Shown here piece by piece: positions 9,606-19,525 of a stretch of DNA of 64,000 nucleotides. The notes beneath the pieces were generated by a model that did no database searches, had not been told where the DNA came from, and was given only the letters and a program-made list of their open reading frames with translations. The first letter of the stretch is position 1. Every line of letters starts with the position of its first letter. Position numbers and translations under genes: made by a program. The DNA is from Leptospiraceae bacterium. Lineage in GTDB: Bacteria; Spirochaetota; Leptospiria; Leptospirales; Leptonemataceae. The stretch lies in contig JAVJNR010000005.1 of assembly GCA_040217195.1 (NCBI GenBank), positions 256,001 through 320,000 of the forward strand. Reading direction: 5' to 3'.

Positions 9606-11345
9606 ATGTTCCGATTCAAAAAGAGAGTTGGAATTGCGTTCATGGCTGCTTTTCTTTCCATTCCAACTATCCTGGCCTCACTATCCTCTGGATGCGGATG
9701 GACTGAAAAAGAACAACAATTGATCCTGCCATTGGTACAACAGTCGGTGGAATTCACTCGCCCTTCCCCTGGAGCGTCTATGGAAGGTAAACTAAGGATC
9801 AAAAGACGCATTCTGGACTGGATCAACCAGGCCAATCGATCAATCTTAATATTTGCGTATGGACTGGACGATCCAGATATTATTCAGTCATTACGAAATG
9901 CCAGGCTTCGCGGGGTTCAGATTCGATTGATACTATCGCCTGAAAAAGATTACCAGGAATTGGAAGGACAGGATCTGCCACTGGAGGTGCGAAATGCTTC
10001 CGGAATACAGCACGTCAAAGCAATCCTAATTGATTCACGAAGGTTAATTTCAGGAACTGGAAACCTGACCAGAAGTGGGTTGTTTCATAATAACAATGCA
10101 TTTTTGTTCTTTAGTTTTCCCTCAGTCCGGGGTGAACGGATCAAAGACCGGCTTGTGCATCCAGAAATGGCCAGGCCATTTCTAAGATTTCCTGAAATGA
10201 CAATGATCTTCTCTCCGGAAGGAGGACATCTAATTCAGACATTGATTGCAAAGAATCTATATGAAGCGAGATCCCTGATTCGAATTCTAATGTATCGGTT
10301 CACGGATCCGGTGCTTTCTGCCCTGCTCTATCACAGGGCTCGATCCGGAGTGCCGGTGCAAGGTATCCTGGATGGTAGCGGCACCATTCTTCCAGGCCGA
10401 TCCGCTCTGGAAGAGGAGTATTACAACATCGGCTCAATCCCGCTGGAACTCTTTCTGGACGGAAATCAAAATCAATATCAATCCTCCGATGGAGTTTATC
10501 ATGGCGGACATATGCATCAGAAGACCGCCATCATCGATGATAAGGTCTTCACCGGTTCTTATAACTGGAGCATGAGTGCCCGGGATCGAAACCGGGAGAT
10601 ATTGTTTATTCTAGAAGATCATGATTTGGTCCAGAGATTCCACCATCGCTTCGAAAAGCTCAGATCCAGAGCCGTTGCGCTGCGAAGATCCCCGCATGCT
10701 CAGACCACCCTGGAGCCGGAGGTTACGAACTCGTCTCTGTGTATTCAGAAATCCAGCTCAGCGATATCGGTTCATGGCAGTGGTCCGTTCTTTCATGCTA
10801 CGGAATGGAAGCCCGGATCTGAAGCTGCCAATTGTGATGCCCCTTTGCGCCAGGCAGTGCCCCATGCATCCAGCGCCGGAGCCAGCAAGGGTAAGGATTA
10901 TTCTTTCTGGGAGCTGGATTTTAGTCTCATTCAAGGCAACGGCCAATCTGCCCGGTATTCTTCCAAATCATCTTTAAGATGGACCACGGATTTCCCGTGC
11001 TCCAGGTCTGGCTGTAAGTCACCGCCGCTGCAAAGAATTGATCTGGAGGATGGATGGTTACAATGGAAGAACAACTCTTTCAGTAATCATGCAGCGGAGA
11101 TCACCGTTCAGGCACTGGGCAGAAACGACTGGCATATGCGTACTCTTGACCGACAGGGTGAGGGCTTTTACCGATTTGCTCCTCTTCCGAAGCAGGATCT
11201 GCTGTTGCTTATGGAAGCAAACGGAGATACAGGGTTGGCCTGCATCCAATGGGGGGCCCTGGATCCAGAGATTGAGCGGTACCGACAGTATTTGAACTTC
11301 TATGGAAACCCGATTCGCTGTATTACTGCGGAAGGAAGTGGTTGA
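9606..11345 (+). CDS. Phospholipase D-superfamily (Nuc-like) lipoprotein with two HKD motifs
   Basis: HVKAILID...SGTGNLT and HQKTAIIDD...TGSYNWS; lipobox LSSGC. Start could instead be 9501. Confidence 0.85.
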   Translation: MFRFKKRVGIAFMAAFLSIPTILASLSSGCGWTEKEQQLILPLVQQSVEFTRPSPGASMEGKLRIKRRILDWINQANRSILIFAYGLDDPDIIQSLRNARLRGVQIRLILSPEKDYQELEGQDLPLEVRNASGIQHVKAILIDSRRLISGTGNLTRSGLFHNNNAFLFFSFPSVRGERIKDRLVHPEMARPFLRFPEMTMIFSPEGGHLIQTLIAKNLYEARSLIRILMYRFTDPVLSALLYHRARSGVPVQGILDGSGTILPGRSALEEEYYNIGSIPLELFLDGNQNQYQSSDGVYHGGHMHQKTAIIDDKVFTGSYNWSMSARDRNREILFILEDHDLVQRFHHRFEKLRSRAVALRRSPHAQTTLEPEVTNSSLCIQKSSSAISVHGSGPFFHATEWKPGSEAANCDAPLRQAVPHASSAGASKGKDYSFWELDFSLIQGNGQSARYSSKSSLRWTTDFPCSRSGCKSPPLQRIDLEDGWLQWKNNSFSNHAAEITVQALGRNDWHMRTLDRQGEGFYRFAPLPKQDLLLLMEANGDTGLACIQWGALDPEIERYRQYLNFYGNPIRCITAEGSG

Positions 11346-12385
11346 TGCCAGGAAGCAAAAAGACCGACATTAATTCTGTGAGCCGATTTCATTTTACATT
11401 GGCCTATTCTCTGGTCCTGATAACCTTTCCATTTCTATTGGATGCTGAACCAAATCCAGCTCACAACAGAAATAGAATTACAGTTATGGCTACCTCAGAT
11501 TTTGCCGGAGCTTTCGAGCTCAATGATGAAGGGTCACGAGGCTGGTCTGTTCTAAAAACCTATGCAAACCGGGTAAAAACGAATCGTAGAAATTCTGCCA
11601 CCCGGGCCTTCCTATTTCATACAGGCGACCTTACCGGTTTGCGATACGACTCTCACGACATCGATATAATGCCGGAAAAGCAGCCAGATGCTTTGAGTGT
11701 AATCCTGAGGCAGGGCGTGGATTTACTTCAGTTCACCGGGTTCGATGCGGTAGCCATTCAAAAAAAAGAGGAATTGGCCCTGAATCAGGGATTGAATTGG
11801 CCTTCCCTGGTACGCTTTGAATATCCGAACCAGGAAATATCTCTGGAAAGTCGGCCCGCCGCTTCTCAGAAGATCCTCACCGGAACGGGCACCTTTCTCT
11901 GGATTTCTGCCATTGAACCGGCCATGGACTCGGAAAAAAGGGATGAGCAAATTCTTCAGCTTAGAGAAGAAATCTACAGAAACCGGGCTGCAGATCTGAT
12001 TGTCTTACTGTTTTCGGGCCATCGTTACAGTTCGGATTCGCATGCAGAGCTGGAAAGTATGGCCAGTCCTTCGCCAGAAGAGTGGCTCCAACATTTCGCT
12101 GTGGATCAGACCGGCAATCTGTTCCATCCCCAGAATCCGTCCGATACGGACTTTCCCTCCAATCGAATTCTAATTCTAATGCCTGGAAAGCGAGCCTTCT
12201 TCAGAACTACTGCCGGGATGACTGTATGCAGAATCCCGGCCGGGCAACTTTGCCAGATTGAATTTGATTTTAGAGACCAAAGACTGTCCATAACCCAGCA
12301 CTGGGTAGCATTCGACGAAGCGCTGCGAAATCATAGCTTCCTACCTGCGGATCCGGGATTGCAAAAAATTCTGCGATTGAAATAA
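11342..12385 (+). CDS. Degenerate 5'-nucleotidase/metallophosphoesterase-like secreted protein
   Basis: ITVMATSDFAG, FLFHTGD and GFDAVAI echo the UshA N-domain motifs, but GNHE is absent. Confidence 0.55.
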   Translation: MMPGSKKTDINSVSRFHFTLAYSLVLITFPFLLDAEPNPAHNRNRITVMATSDFAGAFELNDEGSRGWSVLKTYANRVKTNRRNSATRAFLFHTGDLTGLRYDSHDIDIMPEKQPDALSVILRQGVDLLQFTGFDAVAIQKKEELALNQGLNWPSLVRFEYPNQEISLESRPAASQKILTGTGTFLWISAIEPAMDSEKRDEQILQLREEIYRNRAADLIVLLFSGHRYSSDSHAELESMASPSPEEWLQHFAVDQTGNLFHPQNPSDTDFPSNRILILMPGKRAFFRTTAGMTVCRIPAGQLCQIEFDFRDQRLSITQHWVAFDEALRNHSFLPADPGLQKILRLK

Positions 12386-12420
12386 TTTTTACTTGTACTC
12401 TCACAGGATTAGGTCGATGA

Positions 12421-13038
12421 TTGAGGCCGGTGAAAAAACTGAGCTGGAAGGGTAAGCGATTCTTTCTGGGACTGACGGGTATGCCCGGATCTGGTAAATC
12501 CACGGCCAGGGAAATCCTGGCAAAACTGGGATGCAAAACCCTGGATGCAGATGCACTTGCTCATGACGTTCTGGATCAGCCGGATACTTTGCAAGAAATT
12601 GCAAATCTCTTTGGCGCAGATGTGGTCCAGAACGGAAAAGCCAATCGTGCAGCCATCGCAGACAGGGTATTTAAGGACAGGGAGCTTCTGGAGAAGTTGA
12701 ACTCCCTGATTCATCCCCGGGTTCGCAAGAAGGCAATGGAAAGAATGAATGCATTTCCCGAAGGCAGCATCATTGTTTACGATGTTCCTCTGCTCTTTGA
12801 AGCCGAATTGAATAAGGAAATGGATGCAACCCTGGTAATACGGTCAAGTTTTCCTGTGCGACTGGACAGAGTTAAGTCTCGCTCATGGACCGAAGAGGAC
12901 CTTAAGTCCAGAGATCGACATCATTTACCGGATAAGGCCGAACGCGCGGATTTCGTAGTCGAAAATGACGGACAGATCCAGGCTATGGCTAGCGAATTAG
13001 AAGCATTATTATTGAAGATCAAGGCAGCTAAACCATGA
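12421..13038 (+). CDS. coaE: Dephospho-CoA kinase
   Basis: GLTGMPGSGKST P-loop; DAD, IHPRV and DVPLLFE motifs. Confidence 0.95.
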   Translation: MRPVKKLSWKGKRFFLGLTGMPGSGKSTAREILAKLGCKTLDADALAHDVLDQPDTLQEIANLFGADVVQNGKANRAAIADRVFKDRELLEKLNSLIHPRVRKKAMERMNAFPEGSIIVYDVPLLFEAELNKEMDATLVIRSSFPVRLDRVKSRSWTEEDLKSRDRHHLPDKAERADFVVENDGQIQAMASELEALLLKIKAAKP

Positions 13039-13799
13039 AACGAAGAGTATTTTACGTAGTAAACCTGGACAAAGGGCGACTCCTGGCCCTGGGATTATTT
13101 ATTCTGGGAGCCCTGGTGCTCTCCTTCTCCACAGGATATCGTTTTGCCAACACGTCAGAGGCAGCTTCCCTGCATGAGCCAGAAAAGCAGGACCAAATGC
13201 CACTGGCATTCGACTCGCCAGATTCAGCCAACCCGGAATCCCTTTCTCTAAACCATGTGTCCGATGACGATAATACTGAGCGCAATGAGCCGGAAAAAAA
13301 ACAGTCCGATGAAAAGAAAGGCCAGACTGACCGAACCTCGGAGGACCTGTCTTTGAAGCCGGCACAAGCGCCCTCTACCAGGAAAGAAAAATCCAGGCCC
13401 GAAAGTAAAAATTCAGTCTCCTTTTCTGACATTGCAAAGAAGAATGAGACCCGGGATGCGCCTCCAGTAAAGAAATCTGAGCCTGCGCGCAAACCAGCTC
13501 CGGCCAAAAAACCAGAGGCGAGCAAGAAAGAACCTGCCAAAAAAGAAGCTCCGCGAAAGGAACCCGCAAAGCCCGCAAAAATGTACACTCTTCAAATGGG
13601 AGCCTTCAGCTCTCGAGGAGCTGCAAACCGCATGGCCGAGCAGATTCGTAAGGAGGGCCTCCAGCCTTATGTTGTCACATCCGGTAACTTGCACCTTGTT
13701 CGTCTGGGAAGGTCGAAAACGAAAAGCGGACTTGACGCAGAAGAAAAAAAATTGCGAGCAGCAAGGTTTCGACCCATTACAGTTAGCGTAGGACAGTAA
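13035..13799 (+). CDS. SPOR domain-containing protein
   Basis: N-terminal TM segment, K/P/E-rich linker, C-terminal YTLQMGAFSS...VRLG SPOR motif. Confidence 0.9.
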   Translation: MKRRVFYVVNLDKGRLLALGLFILGALVLSFSTGYRFANTSEAASLHEPEKQDQMPLAFDSPDSANPESLSLNHVSDDDNTERNEPEKKQSDEKKGQTDRTSEDLSLKPAQAPSTRKEKSRPESKNSVSFSDIAKKNETRDAPPVKKSEPARKPAPAKKPEASKKEPAKKEAPRKEPAKPAKMYTLQMGAFSSRGAANRMAEQIRKEGLQPYVVTSGNLHLVRLGRSKTKSGLDAEEKKLRAARFRPITVSVGQ

Positions 13800-13859
13800 G
13801 CATAGAGCTTCAGTTTTCCGCTTGTCACCACAGCGGGTCTGACGACCAGATACAACAAC

Positions 13860-14507
13860 GTGTCTCCAGAGATAGGACAGGCTCAAGCTCTGGTTGTAGA
13901 GCAGACGATCAATCGTCTGGAAGTGACCTATTCGGATTACATCCAGCAAAAAGGATTCGACCGCATTCCTGAATTCTTTCGGGAACACCTGTACTCGCCT
14001 CCTAACAAAAATCAGAGAGATGCTGCTCTTGAGAGCCTCTACGAGAAACTAAAATCCGTCACTGGTCCGGAAATGACGCAGAACATTCATAATTTGATTG
14101 TACTGATTCAACTTACAGATGATCTGGATGTGGCAGCAGCCAGGAAGCTCCTGGAAGGCCCGCTGAAGGGAATGTCCGCCGATGAGATTGCAGAGGCATC
14201 CATTACCACAGAACAGCTTAACCGTTGCATCGGGGAGGCAGGATGCTGGGAAGATAGGCATCGACAGGTGGAAATGATTGGCGATACGCTCAGCTTCTTT
14301 TTTACCCTTTCCAAACTACCTCTAATCAAACTGGTGATGGCCCCCATCCGGGTGGCGGCCTCCCTTGTTGGTGCCGGGGAGCTGGTGGATACCATGGAAA
14401 CCGGCTATCAGATCTCGCGCAATATCAAGGACATGAAGCCATTCGTGGATGCCTTCAATGAAAGAGAGAAGGCCCAGCTTGATCGATTGCGGAAAGAATA
14501 TTCTTGA
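13860..14507 (+). CDS. Hypothetical protein (FFLEELY-motif-like)
   Basis: 215-aa helical protein containing FFREHLYSP...RD. Confidence 0.65.
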   Translation: MSPEIGQAQALVVEQTINRLEVTYSDYIQQKGFDRIPEFFREHLYSPPNKNQRDAALESLYEKLKSVTGPEMTQNIHNLIVLIQLTDDLDVAAARKLLEGPLKGMSADEIAEASITTEQLNRCIGEAGCWEDRHRQVEMIGDTLSFFFTLSKLPLIKLVMAPIRVAASLVGAGELVDTMETGYQISRNIKDMKPFVDAFNEREKAQLDRLRKEYS

Positions 14508-14537
14508 TTCGTCTATGGGGTGCAGGAAGGTTCTGTC

Positions 14538-16805
14538 ATGACCGCTGCGTCCGAAAAAAAAAGCATTCCTGCCCGAAGAAATTCTAGCTCAATCAACCGT
14601 AACAATCCCAGTCTTTTTATTAATCGGGAGCTCTCCTGGATCAAATTCAACTATCGGGTTCTGGAAGAAGCAGGCCGCAAAGACAATCCACTTCTGGAAA
14701 GGCTGAAATTCATAGCCATTGCAGAATCCAACATGCAGGAATTCTTCATGGTCAGGGTGGCCGGACTCAAGCAGGTGGTGGCCTCTTCGGTAAACGAGAT
14801 TCAGCTGGATGGTCATACAGCTGAAGAAACCCTGAAGGAAATCCATAAGGAAGCCCATGCAATGGTGGCCTTGAAGTATGAGCTAATTGAGGAGATTACC
14901 CGTGGCCTGAGCGAAGAAGGAATTACCATTGTTCAGCAGGGCAAAGAGCTAAAACAGAATGAGCGGGAATTCATTCAGGAGTTTTTCAACAAAGAACTAT
15001 TTCGTGTCTTAACTCCCCTGGCCATAGATCCGTCCCATCCATTCCCCAGAATTCTAAATGGTAGATTGAATCTTGCAGTTACTCTGAAGAGAAAGGACCA
15101 GAAGGATAAACTGCGAGACTCCTATGCAATTGTTGAAGTACCGACTGTTTTACCTCGATTCCTGGAGTTGCCGGTGGATCCAGAATCTAAGAGTAACTCC
15201 GGCCGAAGATTCATACCTCTGGAAGAAGTACTGAAGCTCCATGCAGGGGATTTATTCTCTGGCACGGAAATCGTATCGATTCAGGGCTTCACCATTGTCC
15301 GAAATTCAGATCTGTCTATTGAAGAGGTTTCTTCAGATAACCTGCTATCAACAATCGAAGAGGAATTGAAGAACCGCAAATGGGGCGAAGCGGTGCGAAT
15401 GAACTATCGCAGCGGTATGCCAGATAATATCCGCAACTTCTTGCGAGAGCGACTGGATCTGGCTGATGAAGAACTCTATGAAAGACCCGGGTTTCTGAAC
15501 CTTTCCGATCTAATGGAGCTCTATGCGAACACATCGGAACGAACTGACCTGAAAGATAAGCCATTCATACCAAAAAATCCAGTCACTCTGGATAAGCCCC
15601 GAAAGATCTTTTCCGTTATACGAAAGAAAGACATTTTCTTACACCATCCCTTTGATTCCTTTCAGACCGTATTGGATTTTCTTCAAGCAGCCGCCGTGGA
15701 TCCAAGAGTACTGGCCATTAAACAAACACTCTATCGCACAAGTGGCGATAGTCCGGTAGTACAATCTCTAATTCAGGCAGCCGAAAATGGAAAGCAGGTT
15801 ACAGCATTGGTCGAATTGAAAGCTCGATTCGATGAAGAAAGGAACATTGTATGGGCCCGGGAAATGGAACGGCATGGAGTTCATGTTGTTTACGGACTTG
15901 TGGGACTAAAGATTCATTCCAAACTTCTTCAAATCGTGAGAAAGGAGGAACAAGAAGTAAAATCCTACGTTCACATCGCCACAGGAAATTACAATCCGAG
16001 CACAGCCAAGCTATACACGGACACCGGAATCATAACTGCAGATCCGGAAATCAATAATGATGTAACGAATCTATTTCACACATTAACCGGCTACGCTACT
16101 GTGCCCCGCCTTTCCAGAATTGCAGTGGCTCCCATCAATATGCGTGAGACATTAACTCGATTGATTACCCGGGAAATCCATAATGCGGAGGCAGGCAAAC
16201 CGTCTGGCATGAGATTGAAAATGAACTCACTGGTGGACCCAGATATGATTGTCCTTTTGTATCGTGCCTCCAGGGCAGGAGTGAAAATTGAACTGAGTGT
16301 TAGAGGAATCTGCTGCTTGAAACCGGGCATTCCTGATCTGAGCGAAAACATCCGCGTAGAAAGCATTGTAGGTAGATTCCTGGAACACAGCAGGATTTTC
16401 TATTTTGAAAATGCAGGTGATCCCAAAATCTATATTTCTTCTGGTGACTTCATGCCGCGAAACCTGAATCGAAGGGTGGAAGTCATGATGCCAGCCGACG
16501 ATGAGGACATCAAACAGAAGCTAGTAGCAATTCTGAACGCAGTATTCAGAGACAACCACAATGCGCGCAGGTTGATGCCGGATGGTAGCTATGTGCCGGT
16601 GAAGCCAGAAGGCAATGAACAGAGATTTTCATCCCAGAGGTTCTTCCGCGAAGAAACCAACCGAGAGTTCCAGGAAAAGGAAAAGAATCGGGCCGTGGAG
16701 CGAAAGAAGATCTTTCAGCCACTCATGAATCCAGAAGAAGATCTTCCAAGGGAAACTACCCTGGCGAGGGATTTGCCAGAAGCACAACCTGTGGAGCCGG
16801 ACTGA
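14538..16805 (+). CDS. ppk1: Polyphosphate kinase 1
   Basis: FINRELSW, LKIHSK, ELKARFDEE, GRFLEHSRI and MPRNLNRRVE motifs. Confidence 0.97.
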   Translation: MTAASEKKSIPARRNSSSINRNNPSLFINRELSWIKFNYRVLEEAGRKDNPLLERLKFIAIAESNMQEFFMVRVAGLKQVVASSVNEIQLDGHTAEETLKEIHKEAHAMVALKYELIEEITRGLSEEGITIVQQGKELKQNEREFIQEFFNKELFRVLTPLAIDPSHPFPRILNGRLNLAVTLKRKDQKDKLRDSYAIVEVPTVLPRFLELPVDPESKSNSGRRFIPLEEVLKLHAGDLFSGTEIVSIQGFTIVRNSDLSIEEVSSDNLLSTIEEELKNRKWGEAVRMNYRSGMPDNIRNFLRERLDLADEELYERPGFLNLSDLMELYANTSERTDLKDKPFIPKNPVTLDKPRKIFSVIRKKDIFLHHPFDSFQTVLDFLQAAAVDPRVLAIKQTLYRTSGDSPVVQSLIQAAENGKQVTALVELKARFDEERNIVWAREMERHGVHVVYGLVGLKIHSKLLQIVRKEEQEVKSYVHIATGNYNPSTAKLYTDTGIITADPEINNDVTNLFHTLTGYATVPRLSRIAVAPINMRETLTRLITREIHNAEAGKPSGMRLKMNSLVDPDMIVLLYRASRAGVKIELSVRGICCLKPGIPDLSENIRVESIVGRFLEHSRIFYFENAGDPKIYISSGDFMPRNLNRRVEVMMPADDEDIKQKLVAILNAVFRDNHNARRLMPDGSYVPVKPEGNEQRFSSQRFFREETNREFQEKEKNRAVERKKIFQPLMNPEEDLPRETTLARDLPEAQPVEPD

Positions 16806-17114
16806 GAATAATCATCCGGAAACATCCAGCCCACGTTCCTTTTTATGGACTAATCCTGCGGCGAATTTGCATGATTCGTTAGCCCGAGCCTCTGCTTCAG
16901 CATTCCGAGTCTTTGACTCTCAGCCGGAGCCGCCGGAATTTTATTGATAAATTCCTGAATCCAATGGCCCAGAGCAAGTTCTCTGGTTTCACTCGCAGCG
17001 ATACTTCTACAGCGATTTATTCGCAGCGATACTTTTGCGGGCTTCGGTAATGAAAGCCAGATTTTCAGTAAGAAAGTGGCTGCGCTCTGAACAGAAATAC
17101 CGTTTAAGAGCAAT

Positions 17115-18035
17115 TCAGAGTTTACCAGCCAGCTCCAGAAAGTTTCGCCCTAATTCGCGAATTCGAGAGGCTGCATGTTTTCGCTGCTCATTGGTTAAGG
17201 AAGCATCCAGATCCAGCACTGTATCGTAGAAAAGTGTACGGTTCTGGTTGACTGCATTTCGGTAAGCCGCCGGATACAAGGCCTCCCAGTTAAACAGGTA
17301 TTGCTTCAAGAATACATCAAGATCATCGTGTCCCGATTTCCCCTTTTCCAACAATTGCAGCAATCTGGTTTGATTCATTCGCCTGTAGGCAAGATAAAGC
17401 CCTGCGGTGTCCACACTCTGGGTAGTGTATCTCTGGACTCTCTGTTTCTGTGCTGCACTCAGGTCTCCAAGAAAGAATTCAAAGAATTCAGTATTGGATT
17501 CCAGTCTATCCTGGAATCGACTGGCCGCCGGTCGGGCCACTTCCTGGGCCAGCTCTTTGTTGTACTCAGAAATCAATTCCTTTTGTTTCGGTATTAATGT
17601 GGAATCAAAGTCTTTTAAGAATTGGGAAGCATCCGGATATATTCTGTAGGCTACCCTTGTTCGAAATTCTCGCAGCCGGGCGTAGGTAAACTGAAGGTCT
17701 TCTTTCTTCAGTCCTTTTTCAATCCGCCCTGCCAGATCCTCACATACGGTTGCATATCGCGGTAATTCTGCATAGCGATGCCACCGATAATGGTGCTCAA
17801 TCCGGGAATCAATAAAGCTTTCCTGATCATCGGTCATGGCCAGGTAGTTATCCATTCTAGATTGGATCAGTGTATCCAGGTTGCGATAAAATGTCTTGAA
17901 TGCGAATCCAGAACAGTTCAGCAGCAATAGCGGAAGAACAAACAAAGGAAACAGACGACGCCATTCCAGGTTTCGAGCATCGTCATGACTACCCTCACCT
18001 CGCCCAAATATCCGATTTTTACTCCTGTTCATCAT
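17115..18035 (-). CDS. Lipoprotein, DUF6279-like
   Basis: Lipobox LLLNC; FYRNLD...WHR..ELP.Y motif; start uncertain. Confidence 0.7.
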   Translation of the reverse strand: MMNRSKNRIFGRGEGSHDDARNLEWRRLFPLFVLPLLLLNCSGFAFKTFYRNLDTLIQSRMDNYLAMTDDQESFIDSRIEHHYRWHRYAELPRYATVCEDLAGRIEKGLKKEDLQFTYARLREFRTRVAYRIYPDASQFLKDFDSTLIPKQKELISEYNKELAQEVARPAASRFQDRLESNTEFFEFFLGDLSAAQKQRVQRYTTQSVDTAGLYLAYRRMNQTRLLQLLEKGKSGHDDLDVFLKQYLFNWEALYPAAYRNAVNQNRTLFYDTVLDLDASLTNEQRKHAASRIRELGRNFLELAGKL

Positions 18036-18138
18036 GGCGCCACCTGTTGCATTTCCCTCAATCTGTGCTCCTGCCTTTTTCGCCGGAAAGGTACGGCAGT
18101 AGCCAGGCACAGAAATTATGGAAACAAATTCTTAGCGA

Positions 18139-18684
18139 TTAGTTATCCATATCCCAATAACCGGATGGCTGGCTGTAAGGAGTCCCCTGGGACAGATAGG
18201 CACTGTAGGATTCCAGAAGCATCCTGCATTCATTCTGAAAATTTTCCATCTGAGCAAACAGGTATTTTGCGTTGGGATCTTCAAATTTTTCTTTGGTCTT
18301 TGCGAAGAACTCCGCAGCATCTTCATGCTCTCTGGTTGCCAGAGAAAGAGCATCCAGTTCATCGCCACCTGCATCTGCATCAGTGTTTCGATCAAGCTTG
18401 GACATTAGTTTCTGAATGGAACTGCTGTTCAGGTTTTGAACCTGGGCTGCCATTTTTAGATTGGGAAGTGCTTCGCCTCCCTGGATTTGTGAATAAATTT
18501 CTGAAACCATTTTTATATGGTCATCCTGATCTTCGGCCAGCTGATTAAAGATATCCTGTACGGAGCCATCCTTCAAGGATTCTGCATTCCGCATATAGAA
18601 CTCGAACACTTTTTTTTCGTGCTGAATACATGCGGCCACGGCTTCCAGGAAGCTGGTTTTCTTTACTGGTTTGTATTGACTCAT
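18139..18684 (-). CDS. Ferritin-like/rubrerythrin-family protein
   Basis: E....FY...A and LA.DQD.H, with a duplicated helix pair (E..AAEFF); start moved to ATG 18684. Confidence 0.75.
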   Translation of the reverse strand: MSQYKPVKKTSFLEAVAACIQHEKKVFEFYMRNAESLKDGSVQDIFNQLAEDQDDHIKMVSEIYSQIQGGEALPNLKMAAQVQNLNSSSIQKLMSKLDRNTDADAGGDELDALSLATREHEDAAEFFAKTKEKFEDPNAKYLFAQMENFQNECRMLLESYSAYLSQGTPYSQPSGYWDMDN

Positions 18685-18811
18685 GGCCGGATAGTGACAT
18701 TTCCCATCCTTCCATGCAAGGCAAAAATGCTTTGGACTCCAAAAAGAGATTCCGTTTACGCTAGCCAATGAATGAACCCCGGAGGAGAATGCAAAGTCTA
18801 CCATTCAGGAA

Positions 18812-19525
18812 ATGAAGTCTACTAATCTAAATTCACTGCCCATTCCCCTTGATCCGGATTGGATCAAGGACGCTCTGAACCATCCGCTTCCAGGCAACGA
18901 AGCCCATAGCCGAATGTCCGGGCGCGCACCGCAGACTATGCAAATCCCGGAAGGGGCCACCGAGGCTGCCGTGATGATTGCTATCATCGCCCGTCCGGAT
19001 TCAATCCAACCGTCTGGTCTGGCCGCAGATCTGCGTTCAACTGGCCTTGAAATAGAACGATACAATCCTGGACTGTTTCCTCTCATTCTGAGACCCGGAA
19101 ATCAAGGGCCCCATTCGGGGCAGATCAGTCTGCCCGGAGGCAAGCGCGAAAAAGGCGAGTCTCTGAAAGACACGGCACTTAGAGAGACAGAAGAAGAAAT
19201 TGGGCTGAACTCCTCAAAGATCCACGTGCTGGGCAAACTAACTCCTCTTTACATTCCAGTAAGTGGATTTGCTGTGCATCCCTATGTTGGCTGGTTCGAT
19301 ACCGTGCCACAATTCAAGAGAGATCCTCTGGAGGTGGAGCAGATTCTTTTCTACGATATGCTCCGTCTGAGCAGCTCGGACTATCGCACAGTTTTCGACT
19401 TCAATTACAATGGCCGAAGTTTTGAATCACCTGGATTCAAACTTGAAGACAGGATTATCTGGGGCGCCACAGCCATGATCCTTATGGAATTCACAGAGCA
19501 TCTGCTATCCAGAGCGAATCAGTAA
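18812..19525 (+). CDS. Nudix hydrolase, CoA pyrophosphatase (NudL-like)
   Basis: HSGQISLPGGK...ALRETEEEIG Nudix box and IWGATA motif. Confidence 0.92.
   Translation: MKSTNLNSLPIPLDPDWIKDALNHPLPGNEAHSRMSGRAPQTMQIPEGATEAAVMIAIIARPDSIQPSGLAADLRSTGLEIERYNPGLFPLILRPGNQGPHSGQISLPGGKREKGESLKDTALRETEEEIGLNSSKIHVLGKLTPLYIPVSGFAVHPYVGWFDTVPQFKRDPLEVEQILFYDMLRLSSSDYRTVFDFNYNGRSFESPGFKLEDRIIWGATAMILMEFTEHLLSRANQ

Noticed and set aside
13052..13988. Long antisense ORFs over the SPOR gene (likewise 24490-25362 and others)
   Set aside because: Shadow frames of well-supported genes with no motifs.
16850..17113. 87-aa ORF downstream of the DUF6279-like gene
   Set aside because: TTG start, no RBS or motif; insufficient support.
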